This document shows, one piece after another, positions 23,600 through 37,229 of a DNA stretch of 64,000 nt. Origin of the DNA: Octopus sinensis. Taxonomy: Eukaryota. The notes under the pieces are model-generated. The model was not told the origin of the DNA. It did not search any database and saw nothing but the letters and a program-made list of their open reading frames with translations. Both the position numbers and the translations under genes were made by a program. The stretch lies in the NCBI RefSeq assembly GCF_006345805.1, contig NW_021825323.1, positions 248,001-312,000 on the forward strand. Direction: 5' to 3'. The stretch's first letter is position 1. Each line of letters begins with the position of its first letter.

Positions 23600-26570
23600 T
23601 GTTGGACCCGTCTTAAAACACAGACTAAGGAGATTACCGTACTAGCAGGTCTAGTAGAGTTATTCCATGCGGCTTAATAAAAGTAACCAGACTTAAAAGC
23701 GTTAAACCTACGATATACACCACTAGTTGTAACTACGGTTTACTAGGAAGTGTTAGCTAATGCGTTAAGACCCAAAAGATGGCAAACCATACCTAGTTAA
23801 GACGAAGCCAGTGGAAACAATGGTCAATCGCAGTTATGATGTGCAAATCGATTGTCGATACGGGGTATAAAGGCGAAATACTAATCGAGCCATCTAGTAG
23901 CTGGTTCTCTCCGAAATTTCTCTCAGGATATACAGTGGGTCAAATTAGTCTTGGGACACTTGTTTATTTTTAATAAAATTTTATTTTCGTTAATATAGCT
24001 GTTTTTATTTAATTTTTTCCAATAGTATAATAGTGCTCCTAGTTTTCTTTACATCCTAGATCATAAAAAAATTACAAAATTCGTTTTATTTATAGAAAAA
24101 TTTCACATTTATTTTCAACAGATAGAATATCATGTTCCAATTAGTCTTGGGACAGTTAGTTAGTCTTGGGACAGTTAGTTAGCTATCTTTAATTTCTTTC
24201 TTGCAAATATTTATATTTGACTTAAAAAAAAAAGTTAGTTATTTATTTACTTTTTGATAAAATAATTGAATTGATCTACATATCGATCAACGAAATTATA
24301 CTAATTCCGGATTAATTCGTATATTTAAATGATTATTAGCATTATTTGCGATTAATATTTTGTACATGCTTAAGCGAAAGGAACATTCATGAAGAAATAA
24401 AAAAACTTATAATTCTTGAATATAATGCAGGAAACTCAATCCGAAAAATTTCCGAAAGTGTTCATATTCCGAAGAGTACAGTATGGAACATTATCAATAA
24501 ATGGAAATTATTTAAAACTACCAAAAATAAGTCAAGATCAGGACAACCAAAAAAAATATCATCTCGATCAATTTCCATAATTAGACGAAAAGTGCTTGAT
24601 AATCCGAGATTATCTCGTAAACAACTCTCTACTTACTTGGGTGAGATAGGAACACCAGTATGCTCACAGACTGTTACAAATGCCCTAAGAAAAGAAGGGT
24701 TCCATAAATGTCGTCCACGTAAAGTTCCGCTGCTTACTAAGAAACACGTCCATGCACGGCTAAAATATGCCAGGTATGTTTAAGAAAAGAAAATTTTATT
24801 AAAAATATACAAGTGTCCCAAGACTAATTTGACCCACTGTAGCTGGTATTCGTAAAAAAGTTTCATATGTTAAAGCGAATAATTAGAGATCTGTTGTCAG
24901 ATTAGGTGCATGCTATTCTCAAACTTTAAACACGTGAGATATGTTGCTCACTTGATTGGAGACACATGTAAAATTAAAGTACTATGTGGATTAATTATGG
25001 TAATCATGACTGGCGCTGTGGGATTAACCAAACGCCTAGTTAAGGAACCAGACTTGACGCACACATGATACCATGAAAAGTGTCAGTTGATTATGACAAC
25101 TGGAAGGTGACCATAAAAGTCGGAATCCTCTAAAGAGTTTGTAATAACTCACTTGCTGAATTAACTGGCTTTTAAAATGGATAGCGTTGTAGCGTTTAAC
25201 CTATACTAGAGCGTTGTACCAGTTTTACCGCATTGGCTAATGAAGAAAGGTAGCTACGACGAGTAGGAGAAACGTGGCGGTAGCATGGGAGCCAAGCGTG
25301 TGAATGCTGGTAGAACTGTTCCCTAGTGCAAATCTTGGTGTTAGTAGCAATTACTCAAATGAAAACTTTGAGGGTCTATGTTGAGAAGGTTTTCATGTGA
25401 ACAGGAGTTGTACATAAGTTATTCAGTCAAAAGCACGTTTTAAGTCATTTGAAATAATTAGTGTAGCCTGTGTGCGAAAGGGAATGGAGTTAGTATTCCC
25501 GAAGCTAAGAAGGCTATTTATGCGGTCTATGGCGGCAAGTGTTCTGGGAAGAGTTATCTTTTCTTCTAAAGGGTCGGTTTCTCTTGAAATGGTTTAGCTA
25601 GCAAAAAAAAGTTGTTGATAATTACGATCCTTTCCCCAGAACATTTCAGTTTTTGCCGTGTTCAGTGTACACCTGATGTTTCATAAAACGCCTTTACAGT
25701 TTAACAGTCACTTGGCCCGTATCAATAACCGCAGCAGGTCTCCAAGGTTAGCAGCCTCTGGTCAATAAATAAACGCTGGTAAGGAAAGTCGGCAAACTAG
25801 ATATGCACCTTTAATAGAAGGATTGGCTTTATGGGTTGAGTCTTTACTATTGTTTGTTTTATTGTTGCGTAGGTGGTAGTTGAGCATTGTGTGTTAGGAC
25901 AGTGATCAACCAAAGTAGAACTGGGATGGAGAAAACCAATCTGACTGTATAATAACAATAAATCACTGCGATAGTCGTAAACGCTTTTGATACAGTGTGA
26001 TTTCTGTCCAGTACCCTTAATGTAAGCGTGAAGAGAAGCCTGACCTATCGATCCTTTTGCTTTTATTAGCTTTAAGTTAAAGGTGACAGAAAATTACCAC
26101 AGGGATCATTAGCTTGTGGTACCCAAGCGTACATAGCGACGGTGCTTTTTGATCCCTCGATGTTGGCTCTTCCGCGAAGCATAAATCGCAAAATGTAGGA
26201 TTTGTCACCCACTAACAAGAAACGTGAATCAGTTCAAACAATCGTGAGATAGGATAGTTTTACCCTACTGGTTGAGTGTCGTTGCAACAACAATTCTGCA
26301 AATTACGTAAAGAATTGCAGAATCAGACATTTGGTTCATGCACTTGACTGAAAAGTCAGTGGTGCGAAGCTATCGTCTGAAATAGAATAACTGAACGCCT
26401 CTAAGTTGGAATCTTGACTGGTTGCAACAATATTTTTCAAAGCTCTTGTATAGTAAATTTATGCTTTTATGCTGATACTGGCTTGGTGCCGTTAATAACA
26501 CTAGAAACTGTTGTTACACCAGGTTGACTTGCATTCTCACTGAGCTTTGTGTTAAATTATATGAAAACGA
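23600..26570 (+). pseudogene. 28S rRNA pseudogene with internal deletion and Tc1 insertion
   Basis: GACCCGTCTT(A)AAACAC, CCATCTAGTAGCTGGTTC, CCGCAGCAGGTCTCCAAGGT and TACCACAGGGAT; jump near 26035 skips a large conserved block. Confidence 0.92.
23933..24839 (+). mobile_element. Internally deleted Tc1 element in the 28S
   Basis: 30-bp TIR CAGTGGGTCAAATTAGTCTTGGGACACTTG; TA flanks splitting CAGGATAGCTGG; HTH-only ORF 24346-24783. Confidence 0.92.
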
Positions 26571-26574
26571 CATA

Positions 26575-27270
26575 CAGTAAACCAAAATAAAAAACGAACA
26601 CTACATTTTTCCTAAAATTTCCAAGAAACGAATCAAAAAAAATATCTAAATAGAATTTTAACAATATATAAACAATGACCAATATTTTTATTTTTGCAAA
26701 AAAATATATTTACTGACTTTTTACGGCAAAAGTATAATCTGAACCAAAATAAAAAACGAACAAAATTTTATTTACAAATTAAAATTTAGTATGCCCACCA
26801 CGTGTCGCAATTACAGACAATATTCGTTCACTCATAGTTCCTACCAATGATTTTGCATAATCCGCTCCTATCTCATTCCAAATTTCTTGTAATTCTTCAA
26901 AAAGTTCCTCTTTTTTGGAATACGATTTCCCCTTTATTTTTGCCTTCATATAGCTCCATATGTGTTCAATGGGGTTAAGATCCGGGCTTTGCGCTGGCCA
27001 AGGTAGCAATTCGATATTATTAGTCTCAAAGAATATTTTTGCAAGCACACATGTGTGTTTTGGGTCGTTGTCCTGTTGAAAAATTGGATCAATAATCCTA
27101 TTTTTTTCCAGAAATGGCAACAAATTGTTTGCCAAAATGATCCATTCATTATTTTTTTTATCCAAACCAGATTGCTAAAATATTCAGACGTAAATGCACC
27201 CCATATCATCACACTTCCTTTTCCAAATTTTACGGTTTCAGTAATATTACGTGAGAACTGTACATAAGAA
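26575..27270 (-). mobile_element. Tc1 (DD34E) 3' half
   Basis: QQDNDPKH...WPAQSPDLNPIE with 34 residues between D and E; terminal repeat AACCAAAATAAAAAACGAAC at ~26579 and ~26742. Confidence 0.85.
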
Positions 27271-27439
27271 AGCCACGTATAGTGGCGATCTACTTAGATC
27301 CATCTCTTTGTCTAAAATTTGTCCGGTTGTCGGACGTTTCTAGCATTATTTATGACGGGCCAGAGAGTGTAGTCTACACCTTTTTGGTATCAAATATCCG
27401 AACTGATATTTGACATCCTAGTTCGGATTTTCACAATTT

Positions 27440-27510
27440 ATCTGTATTTTGTTAATTTTAAGTTGGTGCGCGCACACACATACACACACCATACCATTTT
27501 ATTATTGAGA
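27440..27510 (-). mobile_element. Helitron 5'-end stub
   Basis: TCTCAATAATAAAATGGTATGGTGTGTG...GCACCAACTT matches the 5' ends at 42238, 56645 and 60914. Confidence 0.7.
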
Positions 27511-27589
27511 TAAGATCAATAAATCTGACGAGTTCTTTTAAGAATTAAGTTTTCTTTTCAAATGGAAGATAACTTAAGCTACCCAAGTT

Positions 27590-30500
27590 AAACGTTTCGA
27601 AAACACACTACAACCTCGTCAAAAACGTCCGCCAAAAGTATTTAGGACTAATCGCCTGTGTTACGATATTACCCTATATATTCGGGGCAGACTGTTTCCA
27701 CAGCAACAATTCCGTCAATATGCACTAGAACTTTGGGGATCTGATCGTCGAAACTTGCTGCAGGTTTCTTTAGTAGTTGCTTTTTTCGTCGGTGATGTCA
27801 CTTTTTCAGGCAATTTGCTTAAAAATCAAGAAAGCTTATTTACTTTACGTAATTTGAAAAATTAATTGATGTTTTTAAGACTCTAATTAGATCCACATAT
27901 GAGGTGTTAGTCGCCAACTTGAATTTATGTTTCAGTCCACAGTCTTAATAAAATAACTTAAAGTTTTAGTCATTGAGTAGAAGCTCTATTAACACCGAGC
28001 AAAATTTTGATGATATCAAAAAACATAGTTGTTGCTAAATACCCTTCAACATGCTTGATCGATATTTGTTAAAATTAGGCAGTTAGGACTCTACAAAGCA
28101 ATTCTAATCAGAGAAAAACGGCATTTAAGACTTCTGTCATTTTATGATTCCCCCAATAGCTTAATCCGACTTTATGGCATTTGATGTATTGTATATTAAT
28201 AACAATCCGCGGCAACTGCTTCGCAATCCGTGAGGCTGGGAGGGCGCCCTAACCTGCGTAGTTTTAAACAATCTTTCTCCCTTTTCTAACTGTCTATTTG
28301 TATTAAAAAAATTGTCAATTACACTTAAAAACAACTTGTTAAGAGAAGATAGGTTTATTTTCACAGAAATACCGGAAATAAAATTAAGAGCTAGTAGTAG
28401 GCCTTACACACTAAGTCTTCCATGGCTATTTCCTTCTCTTGGCTAGAAACTCGACAAGGTCACCAATCATTGGAGAAGTTTCGTGAGAGTTCGGTATTTT
28501 CTGTCTCAGATTTACGCCAAAGGCCACCTTGAGCGCTAATCTTCTTGTTTTTTCCAGTAGTTTTATAATTCTTCGATTAGAAGGGAACGAGATTCACCCT
28601 TTCACCCCATACATCAGCAAAGGAAGAATAGCTACCCGGAAATGAATAGCAAAGTCTCCTGGGGTAGGCGAAATTTTTTGGAAAGTCTGCCATACGTAAA
28701 ACAATAATGGGCTGAGGACTGAGCAGTGAGATACTTCCCTTTTTTGAAGAATGAATTTCGAATCCTTGCTAAGATACTTAACAAAAGAGTTTATCCCATT
28801 CAAAAAACTCGTTAGCCATCCAGAGGTTTCTGCATCAATGTCGCTATTTTCAAGATTTTCCAGCAAGACGGAGTGACAGACACTGTCGAAAGCCTTTGAT
28901 ACATCCAAACAGACAATACTGGTCGATAAACCAGAATCTCGTGCCTTAGATATTATCGAATTCAGTCGACAGATGCAGTCAGCACAGGACCGGACGAAAA
29001 CCCCACTGATCGTGAGAGACCCAATGATTCTTTTCTATATGCAGTACTAGTTTTCTATATGCAGTACTAGGTGATTTTCTCCATTATCTTTGATGTAGAA
29101 CAAATTAGGTTTATAGGCCTATAGCTCGAAGCATCTTTAGGCTTCTTAGGTTTTCGAACCATTCAAACTTCAGTTTTTTTCCATGATTTTGGAGGCTGGA
29201 ATCAAAAAGGTTTGTGAGCAGAGACACCAAAAAATTTGTTGTATGGTTGAAACAGGCCATTGGAATCTTGTTATACCCTGGGACCGCATTTTGACTGCCC
29301 TTATTGCTTCTCGAGTCTTAGATTCTGTAATCGGGTAACGTTTCAATCTGCTTGCGTAATCTGCTTTGGTGAGGAGGCAGATGGATCTGCTTCCAAAACA
29401 ACTACGAGATATTGCGGAGGAGTTCGGTAGTCTCCTCTTGGCTCAACAGGCATCCTCCCGGAAGTCGCGGACAAATTACTTTACCCTTCGTTTGGGTTCC
29501 AGTTATTTTACTGTAAGCTGTCCAAAATTTAGGGTGTTTTGGATGGAGCATTTTTGATTGGCGTAACTAAGCACGTTCCTTTTCAATTTGAGCTGTATGA
29601 CAGAGTGATTTTTCAATGGCACTTATTCTTTATTTTAAGTAGAGTTTTGTCCTAGGGATCCTAGCATCTTTTAAGCTTTGACATAAGTATTATTTTTTAA
29701 AGACAATGTATTTTCATAGACCTCGGAACTATTTAGGATTTTCTGCTTTGAGTAGATTTTTTCAGAGTAGTTCTCCACGAAGCTGCTCAACAGGCTTCTA
29801 ACATAGTCATCTGTTCTTTCTATTGCATCTTCATTCTCCTAAACTGTCAAACAGGAGTTTCCAAGTTCAGAAGAAATGAATAGTTTATAGAAGGCCCAGT
29901 CCGTGTTTGCAGTTCTATAGTGCAAAAAGATATCCTCCATTAATGTCGGATACAGCATTATAGTCATCATCTGGGGGCATAATCACTGCCTATGTCTTCA
30001 ATTTTCCTCAGGAGTTCACATAAGAGCTTCAATGAGGGTGAAATTAGGCGTGAAAAATGATTTGGCTTCTCTGATATTGAAACATCAAAACCAACTTGAT
30101 CGGATATAGCCCGCAAGATTTTTCCATCTCAATTTTCTTTTCGACAGCCAAAAGATAGGCATTTAGAATTTAGATCTCCAGCAATTAGTGCAAATTGGTT
30201 GCGTTTGAAGAAATCAACAATTGAGTTTTTGTTTTCAGCTAATTTCTTAATTTTGACTTGAGTTTTGTTTTCAGCTAATTTCTTAGAGTACATTCGCCCA
30301 ACCAGGGCTTCTTAGCCATCCAACAGGACCACCTGCCAAAAGACCAAGACCTTAACAACCAGAAGCACATCACCCCGATTCAATTCCTCAGAAAAACTGC
30401 TCCCCGCCCGTCCCGCACTTGCGTTGGGTCCCGATTCCAACATCGGGAAAACTGAGAAAGATCTTGAGGATTGTTGGAATCACATAATTAATTACCCTAA

Positions 30501-31310
30501 TTAACTGTTGGTGATTCTTGGGTTAAATAAAAAAAATTTGACTCGTTTACTACTAAGATATCCGGCTGGTGGAAATCCACGAGCCAGATCAGCCCGAAAC
30601 GCCATTGATATGGCGTTCACGAGGGTGACCAGAGGAGAGTCTTTTACACGGGTTGGTTGCAGCCCTTGCGTGGGAGCTCCACCATCTCCTGTAAGTATTG
30701 CTCTTTTTCGTTAGAGATCTTTCAATCTCAATTTAATGATTTCCACCTCAATTAAGCGACTTGTCTATCGCATATTGACTTTCTTTTTAAAGGGAACTTT
30801 TTTTGAGACACCTGTAATTCGTTGGTTTTTGCTCCGGAGTTGATTTTGAAACTTCTGGTACTTCCAGACCTATAGTCTCAGTATAGCTGTCATTATATTT
30901 TGAGTCCATAGGCTCATCTGATTCGGTTCCAATAGATAAATTGCTTTCAAAGACTTCTGTTAGCAGAAGGTTCTTTCAAACTGGAGTCACAATTTGCTGT
31001 TTCTTCCAAACTGGATTCACAATTGGGGCTTTTTTAGAGACCGTGTACAGTCCGGAATCTGAAGGTTGATTGGCTTCTGTAGTTTTATCATTTTTCACTG
31101 ATGGGCAGCCTCGATATGTAGCCCAGTGTTCTGATGATCCACAATTGATCCAGAGTTAGTAAAACCCATGTAAAACCGAGATCCGAGGTTTTCAACCAGC
31201 GTCTTCAGAGCCAAACCATGAGCGTTGATTACTCTGAAAACAAGCTCTTGGTTCTTGGCATTCAGGTCCCCAACAACCATCGCGTTTGGATGCTTTCCAA
31301 AGAACTCCCG
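27590..31310 (-). mobile_element. Highly degraded LINE(s): RT plus APE endonuclease remnants
   Basis: DVSKAFDSV, LLMYG, LEKTRRLALKVAFG and VVGDLNAK motifs with many stops. Confidence 0.65.
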
Positions 31311-32024
31311 TCATGCCAGGAACTTTTAATATTTAAACCTCGACAATAATTTTTAATATTAAAATCTCGACAAAAATTTCAATAAATAAAACTATATACG
31401 TTGCGTTGTGTGTGCTTTGCTGTATGCACATCAGTGGCGGTCTGTGATATCCAACTATTATTTTTAGGACGAGTTACAAACTCCCGTAGATTTGATCCAC
31501 TGGGAATTATTTCCGGAATATACACCTTTCTATCTGAATTGTATTTCCTTATATATTACATTATTTAGCATCACAACTCTCTTCGAAGTAAATTAATTAA
31601 ATAATTAATTAGCCTTTAATTACCTCTCTATCGACTGGAAATCCTAACAGGAATAATAGACAGTATAATTCATATTTATTGCTTTTAGAAGAGGGAGGAC
31701 AATTGGGCAAATATCCAGTGATCGTGGGCCTCCTCCTCCACCATGTGGTGGTGGTGGATGAGGTTAAGCTCGTCTTCACGTGCCACGATGTTGTTGTCCT
31801 TGTGACATTGCACTGGCAAACTTCTCCGAAGACCGTGTGATTGACGGACGATTACATTTGGCATTTTAATTAATTTTATTGTTAAAGATTTATTTTATTA
31901 ATTTTAATGTTTTATTTATTTAAAAATTTTGTTTTTAATAGAATTTGATCAACATATAGATATTGTTTTGGTTGGTATATATTGCTATATTTTTATTAAT
32001 TTTTGGTTTAAATTTTGTTTTTAG

Positions 32025-32366
32025 ATAATGACAAATTCCGACAATATAAGTAATGAGTTGTATATTCATTATAATTATACATTTGATGAAAATATTTCTA
32101 GATTATTAATCGAAGGTATTATACTGTTAACTAATATAGATTTACCCCAATATGATAAGGAAGGAAACATAATTTACATGGGTTTTACTTATCAAAATTA
32201 TTCGCAAATATTTCCCTATCTGATTGTTTCTTTCTTTTTCATTATCGCACTTATTTGTATTTTCATTTTCTATATAAAAAAAAATCAGTTAGTTATTCAA
32301 CATAAACTTTTAGCTGTTTCAGAAAAGGGGCTATTTCAAATGAACACTTCAGTTAATCACTATTGA
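32025..32366 (+). CDS. Terminal exon of a putative single-pass membrane glycoprotein
   Basis: 112-aa ORF after a T-rich AG acceptor; N-x-S/T sites (NIS, NYT, NIS, NYS); hydrophobic segment IFPYLIVSFFFIIALICIFIFYI followed by KK. Confidence 0.45.
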   Translation: MMTNSDNISNELYIHYNYTFDENISRLLIEGIILLTNIDLPQYDKEGNIIYMGFTYQNYSQIFPYLIVSFFFIIALICIFIFYIKKNQLVIQHKLLAVSEKGLFQMNTSVNHY

Positions 32367-32489
32367 TCTTTTATTTTTTATGTCAATAAATTCAATAAAT
32401 AAATCAATTTACTCCTTTCTATAAGGATGACATTTTTATAGAAAAATAAATTTAATTTAAATATATTTTATATTAAATATATTCTGCAA

Positions 32490-34110
32490 AAGACAAACGG
32501 TACCGGAGGGCCGAAAAGTTCGCCAGAGGATTAATTGTGGAGGTCCCACTAACAAAAGTATGGGCTTCCCTAAGAAGATTCACAAACCCCGAGAGATTTG
32601 AATCGGGTGAGAATAATGCGGTTCCCTTCACCAACAAACTGATAAAGTTCTACGCTGGGATCAGCAACATCCCCTACAGGAAATACGATGGACAATGCCT
32701 GAAGTCGTTGAAACCTCGAAGATGTCGGGACAGGATTATCCTCACTCAAGAGGAGGTGTCCCAGACCATCAGAAATTTAAGAAGCACTGGCTCTTGTGGA
32801 CCTGACGGAATTCCTACTATTCTGGTGAAAAACCTAGGACCGGTGGCAATATCAGCTCTTTGTCAAATTTACAACTTTTCTATAAACAACAACGCAATAC
32901 CCACACTATGGAAAATGGCACACATTCGTTCTATTCTGAAACCAGGGAGACCAAAAGACAACCCGGCGTCCTACAGGCCAATATCTCTCCTCTGCGTCCT
33001 TTCCAAAGCTCTGGAAAAACTTATACTCAACCACATCAAACAATATCTCCCGGACTTGGACTTTCAGCATGGATTTTAATGTGGTAAATCAACCACCTCG
33101 CACCTTGTCACTTTGACGAATTTCATCTCAGATGGACTATCTACCAAACCGTATAACCAAAAAACGGTTATGTGCTCAGTGGATATCCATAAGGCTTTTG
33201 ACTCCGTACCCAGAAAAATACTGACAAGGAAAATATACCTTAGTGGAATTCACCCAAGACTGAAAATGTGGTTAGCTAACTTCCTCAGCGGCCGAAGAGC
33301 CAAAATCCAACAAAACAATACAAGATCGATTTCTCGATATTTTCCAAACGGGGTCCCTTAAGGCTCTCCCCTTTCCCCAGCCCTGTTCAACTTATTCTAA
33401 TCGGATCTCCCGCTACCAAACGACAAAGATTCAATCATATTATCGTACGCTGACGATATTGTAATTGCTACCCGGAGCCGCGAGGTGAACACGGCGAGTA
33501 CAAAACTGCAGAACCACCTTAACAATCTCGAAAGTTGGCTCTCGCTAAATCGACTATCAACGAGTCCGGAAAAATCGGTCACCACGCTTATGACCTCAGC
33601 AAGGAACCTTGGGAAAACGGTGGTGAACCTGTATCTAAATAACATGGAAATCCCGTTTCAAAAATCCCAGAAAATCCTCGGGGTGACTCACGACAGTCAT
33701 ATGTGTTTCTCTCAACAAGTCGATAATATTACTACGAGGTGCATTAAGAAACTGAACATCTTGAAAGTATTTCTTCGAAAATGCGGACAGTGAATCAGCT
33801 TCCCCGCTCGACAAGCACTATACCGGCAATTCATCGAACCCTCCCTTAGCTATGCTTGTGAGGCGTGGAGAGGGTTTATCAGTGGAACGAACCGCGTTAA
33901 AATCGAGAAAACTCAAGATCGCTTCCGAAAAGCACTACAAGGACCGAACGAACATCTACTCATCGCCCCATTTAATGAAATCTTGAGAAGAAACCTCGGG
34001 GCTACAGGGCCTAAAACACCACCACCGCGCCCTCACAGAAATTGTGCCGGGACAAGGGAGGAGCACCGGGCAAAGTTGAGGACCCTCCTCAGAGAAGCCG
34101 GGATCACCTG
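32490..34110 (+). mobile_element. Non-LTR RT pseudogene, same family as 7870
   Basis: GPDGIP, YRPISLL, DIHKAFD, GVP, SYADD and LGVTHD motifs; stops and frameshifts. Confidence 0.88.
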
Positions 34111-34269
34111 ATTAATTAGTTTTATGTTTTGGACGGTGATCTTGGTTCTAATAATAATAATTTTATATAAATCACGAAGTATGCTTCCCTTTAAATCACT
34201 TTCTGACGGAGTTGATTATATTTATCAATTAAACTGACAGGATGATATACAGAGATACTGAACACGAAT

Positions 34270-34560
34270 TTAATTAGTAGCAGAGAATAAGATGGAATGG
34301 CAATTCCCACGCAAGATGGCTATTGATATGCATTGGAAAAGCCATGTCCATTCCTGATCAATATTTCCCTATCTGATGCGGAGCCCGGCTCTGCGGCTGA
34401 CGTAAAGATGTTTCCGGCAGAGAAGGTGTCCGTGCAAATTGCGTCCCAGATGAGCGACTTGCCATTTTCGAAGGGGAAAGTCGTTAGGCCGTCAGGACGT
34501 TTACCATCCTCCCGAAAGTTGATTCTATTTGTAATTAAACTTGGCATTCTGTTCATCCAA
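34270..34560 (-). mobile_element. CRE-like REL endonuclease fragment, internally deleted
   Basis: DGKRPDG, LIWDAICTDTF and AILRGNCHSILSSATN*. Confidence 0.8.
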
Positions 34561-34699
34561 ACATTTGAAGAGTCAAATGTAGCGATTTAAAATTAATATT
34601 ATTCAGGAGATAATTTCCTTTAATGTTCATGAAAGATTAAATAGTCATGTTCTCTTTGTTAACAATTGAATACAGTGGCCCTGAATATACTGGATCTCT

Positions 34700-36700
34700 C
34701 CCAATATCAGCCGTTTTCTTCTGTTCCATTTTTTTCATGAGTCATAGCGTTCAACTCATTATCAGTCTTGTTGTTACAAGCGTGTTCCTTGGTCGCTCTA
34801 GATACCCATGACTTCCGGTGTGGAACTATTCACCCAATATTTTATTACATGGCGTAGTATTATCCAGTTTAAAGATATGTCCAAATAGTTGCCATCTTGA
34901 TAAAATAACGTTCATGCTGATTGGTCTAGATCAGGCGTAACCAAACTACGCCCCGCGACAACATTTTATCCGACCCGCGCACTATTTCGAGATATTCAAT
35001 TAATACCTCAATAATTAGCTCAAATAAAACTTTAGTTAAAAAATTAAACTATTTTTCAAGATTCAATTCGAAAAAACTTATCAGGATTAACATTAGATTT
35101 TTGTTTGTTGCTGTGCCTAATATGAAAAAGTTTTTTTGCGAAAGATGAATTAAAGCAGAAAGCTTATTGTTTAATATGCCACGAACATCTCTCTGTTATG
35201 AAGGAGTATAACATTCGATGTCACTATGAAACGAATCATGCTTCGATATATTCCAGGTACACTGGAAAGCTACGTGAGGATAAAGTTGAATCGCTGAAGC
35301 GTACTTTACAAATTCAACAAGGCCTTATAAAAAAATTTGAAAATAATGAAAATGTAACTAGATACAAGATAACGAAAATTATTTCACAACACGGGAAACC
35401 CTTAAGTGATGGGATGTATATCAAAAATTGCATTATTGAAGCAGTTAATTGTTTGTGCCCACTAAATTCTTCCTTATTTAATGGAATAAGTTTGTCGGCG
35501 AATTCTGTATCACAAAGAACTGAAGAGCTTGGAAAAAATATATATTTACAAATTTGTGAAAAGACAAGTAATATGTAGTGGTATTCTGTTGCATTCGATG
35601 AGTCAGTTGACATTTCGGGAACATCGCAACTTCTTATTTTTATTCGTGGAGTTGCTGAGAGTATTTCCATGACTGAAGAACTGGCATCTGTTTTTTCTAT
35701 TCATGGAACAACCACTGGAAAAGATATTTTTGATGAATTGGAACAAACTATAAGTGATTATTACCTTGAATGGGAGAAACTAAGTTGTGTTACGATTGAC
35801 GCGGCAAAGAATATGGCTGGTTCTAAAAAGGGTCTAGTTGGGCAAATAACTAATAAATTGGAGGAATTAAATATTTTAAACACTTTGTTCATTCATTGCA
35901 TCCTTCATCAGCACGCACTATGTGCGAAGGAGCTCACTTAATTACCGTCAGTTTAAATATCTCATGTGTGTTGAATCGAGTTATTCGCATTATAAACTTT
36001 GTTAGAGGGAGCTCACTTAATTACCGTCAGTTTAAAGTTTTACTTGACGATTTTGGATCAGAATATTTTGAATTACCATATTACACTGCAGTTAGATCGC
36101 TTAGCTGTGGTAATGTATTAAATAGATTTTATAAACTTCAAAGTGAGATTGATAATTTTCTAACCAGTAAAAATAACTATTATCCCAAATTATCAGATCT
36201 TGCTTGGCTATCAAAATTATCATTTTTGGTTGATGTTACAACTCACATGAATGAGCTAAATCTAAAATTATAAGGAAAGGAAATCCAGACTTTAGATTTA
36301 CATATATTGTATAATTTTTCATTTGAGATTTTTGTTGTTAAAAAGATTCTGATCAATATACGGAGTTGGTTCCTATAGAATGCATCTAGCTTTTCTAAAT
36401 CGTTTTTTGAAGGTCCCCCATTTTCCAGAATTAGAGAGCAATATTAGTTTCACAAAAGTATCTAGAATCTGATGCGAATTTTCAGTGAAACATGATTTTT
36501 TTATTATCCAGATACTGTGCATTTTTTAAAGAAGGTGGTGAAGATCATCCTTTTGCGGTAAATATTTTTATCCCCAATTAGTGAGCCAAGTTTTTTATAC
36601 CTTTAGTGCTCGTCGTTACTTGATTTTTTTCGTTCGATTCGTGTAAAGTCACTCTTAAATAACAATTATTCAAGTAAATTTTTGGCCTAGAGTAATACTT
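34700..36700 (-). mobile_element. RTE-like 3' fragment split by a hAT
   Basis: Matches 14700-15130 on both sides of the hAT; the sequence resumes at ~36293. Confidence 0.75.
34932..36290 (+). mobile_element. hAT (GTF2IRD2-like), 3'-truncated
   Basis: 5' TIR CAGGCGTAACCAAACTACG; GKPLSDG, HCILHQHALC and YYTAVRSLS motifs; no 3' TIR. Confidence 0.85.
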
Positions 36701-37229
36701 AGTCAAGTATTTCCTGCTCACATGATCGGACTGAGACGACGATGTCCCAGGGCCAGAGTTCTAGAAGTCCTTTTTCGGTAGGTGCCAGAAGTACTCATTG
36801 CCTCGCGGGCAGGGGAACAATAACGAGAATTGACCCCAGGATGAAACTAGCCTCCTTCGGAATCGAACCCACCACTGTCCAGATCCATTATCCATAGCTT
36901 AAACTTCAAGGGGCTTTAGAAGAATCGGATTATTTGTTTAATATTAAAAATTATTTCCTTTTAAAATTGAATATTAGCGCAAAATTTAAATTTTGCTGGA
37001 CATAGTAAATTTTTTTTTTGCATCCTTCATAGTAAATTAGATTCTTTTATTTTAACAAAAAATAAAAATTTAATAGGTTGATATCCCTCTACGTGCTTCA
37101 CAAACTTCCAAACTTCTTTTTTAATTTTTAATATTAAACTAATAATTCGAATCTTGTCAAGAATTGTTTTAAAATTTTAATTTATAATTTTTTAAAGAAA
37201 AAAGTCAATTTATTGCAAATCCATTTTTT

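Noticed and set aside
22927-26570. Functional, naturally fragmented or reduced rRNA operon
   Set aside because: Invariant positions are mutated, essential domains are deleted and a Tc1 is inserted, so it is a pseudogene
31690-31870. GC-richer island with PHPPPHGGGGG-like translation
   Set aside because: Stops in the candidate frames and no supporting splice structure or family; cannot be assigned
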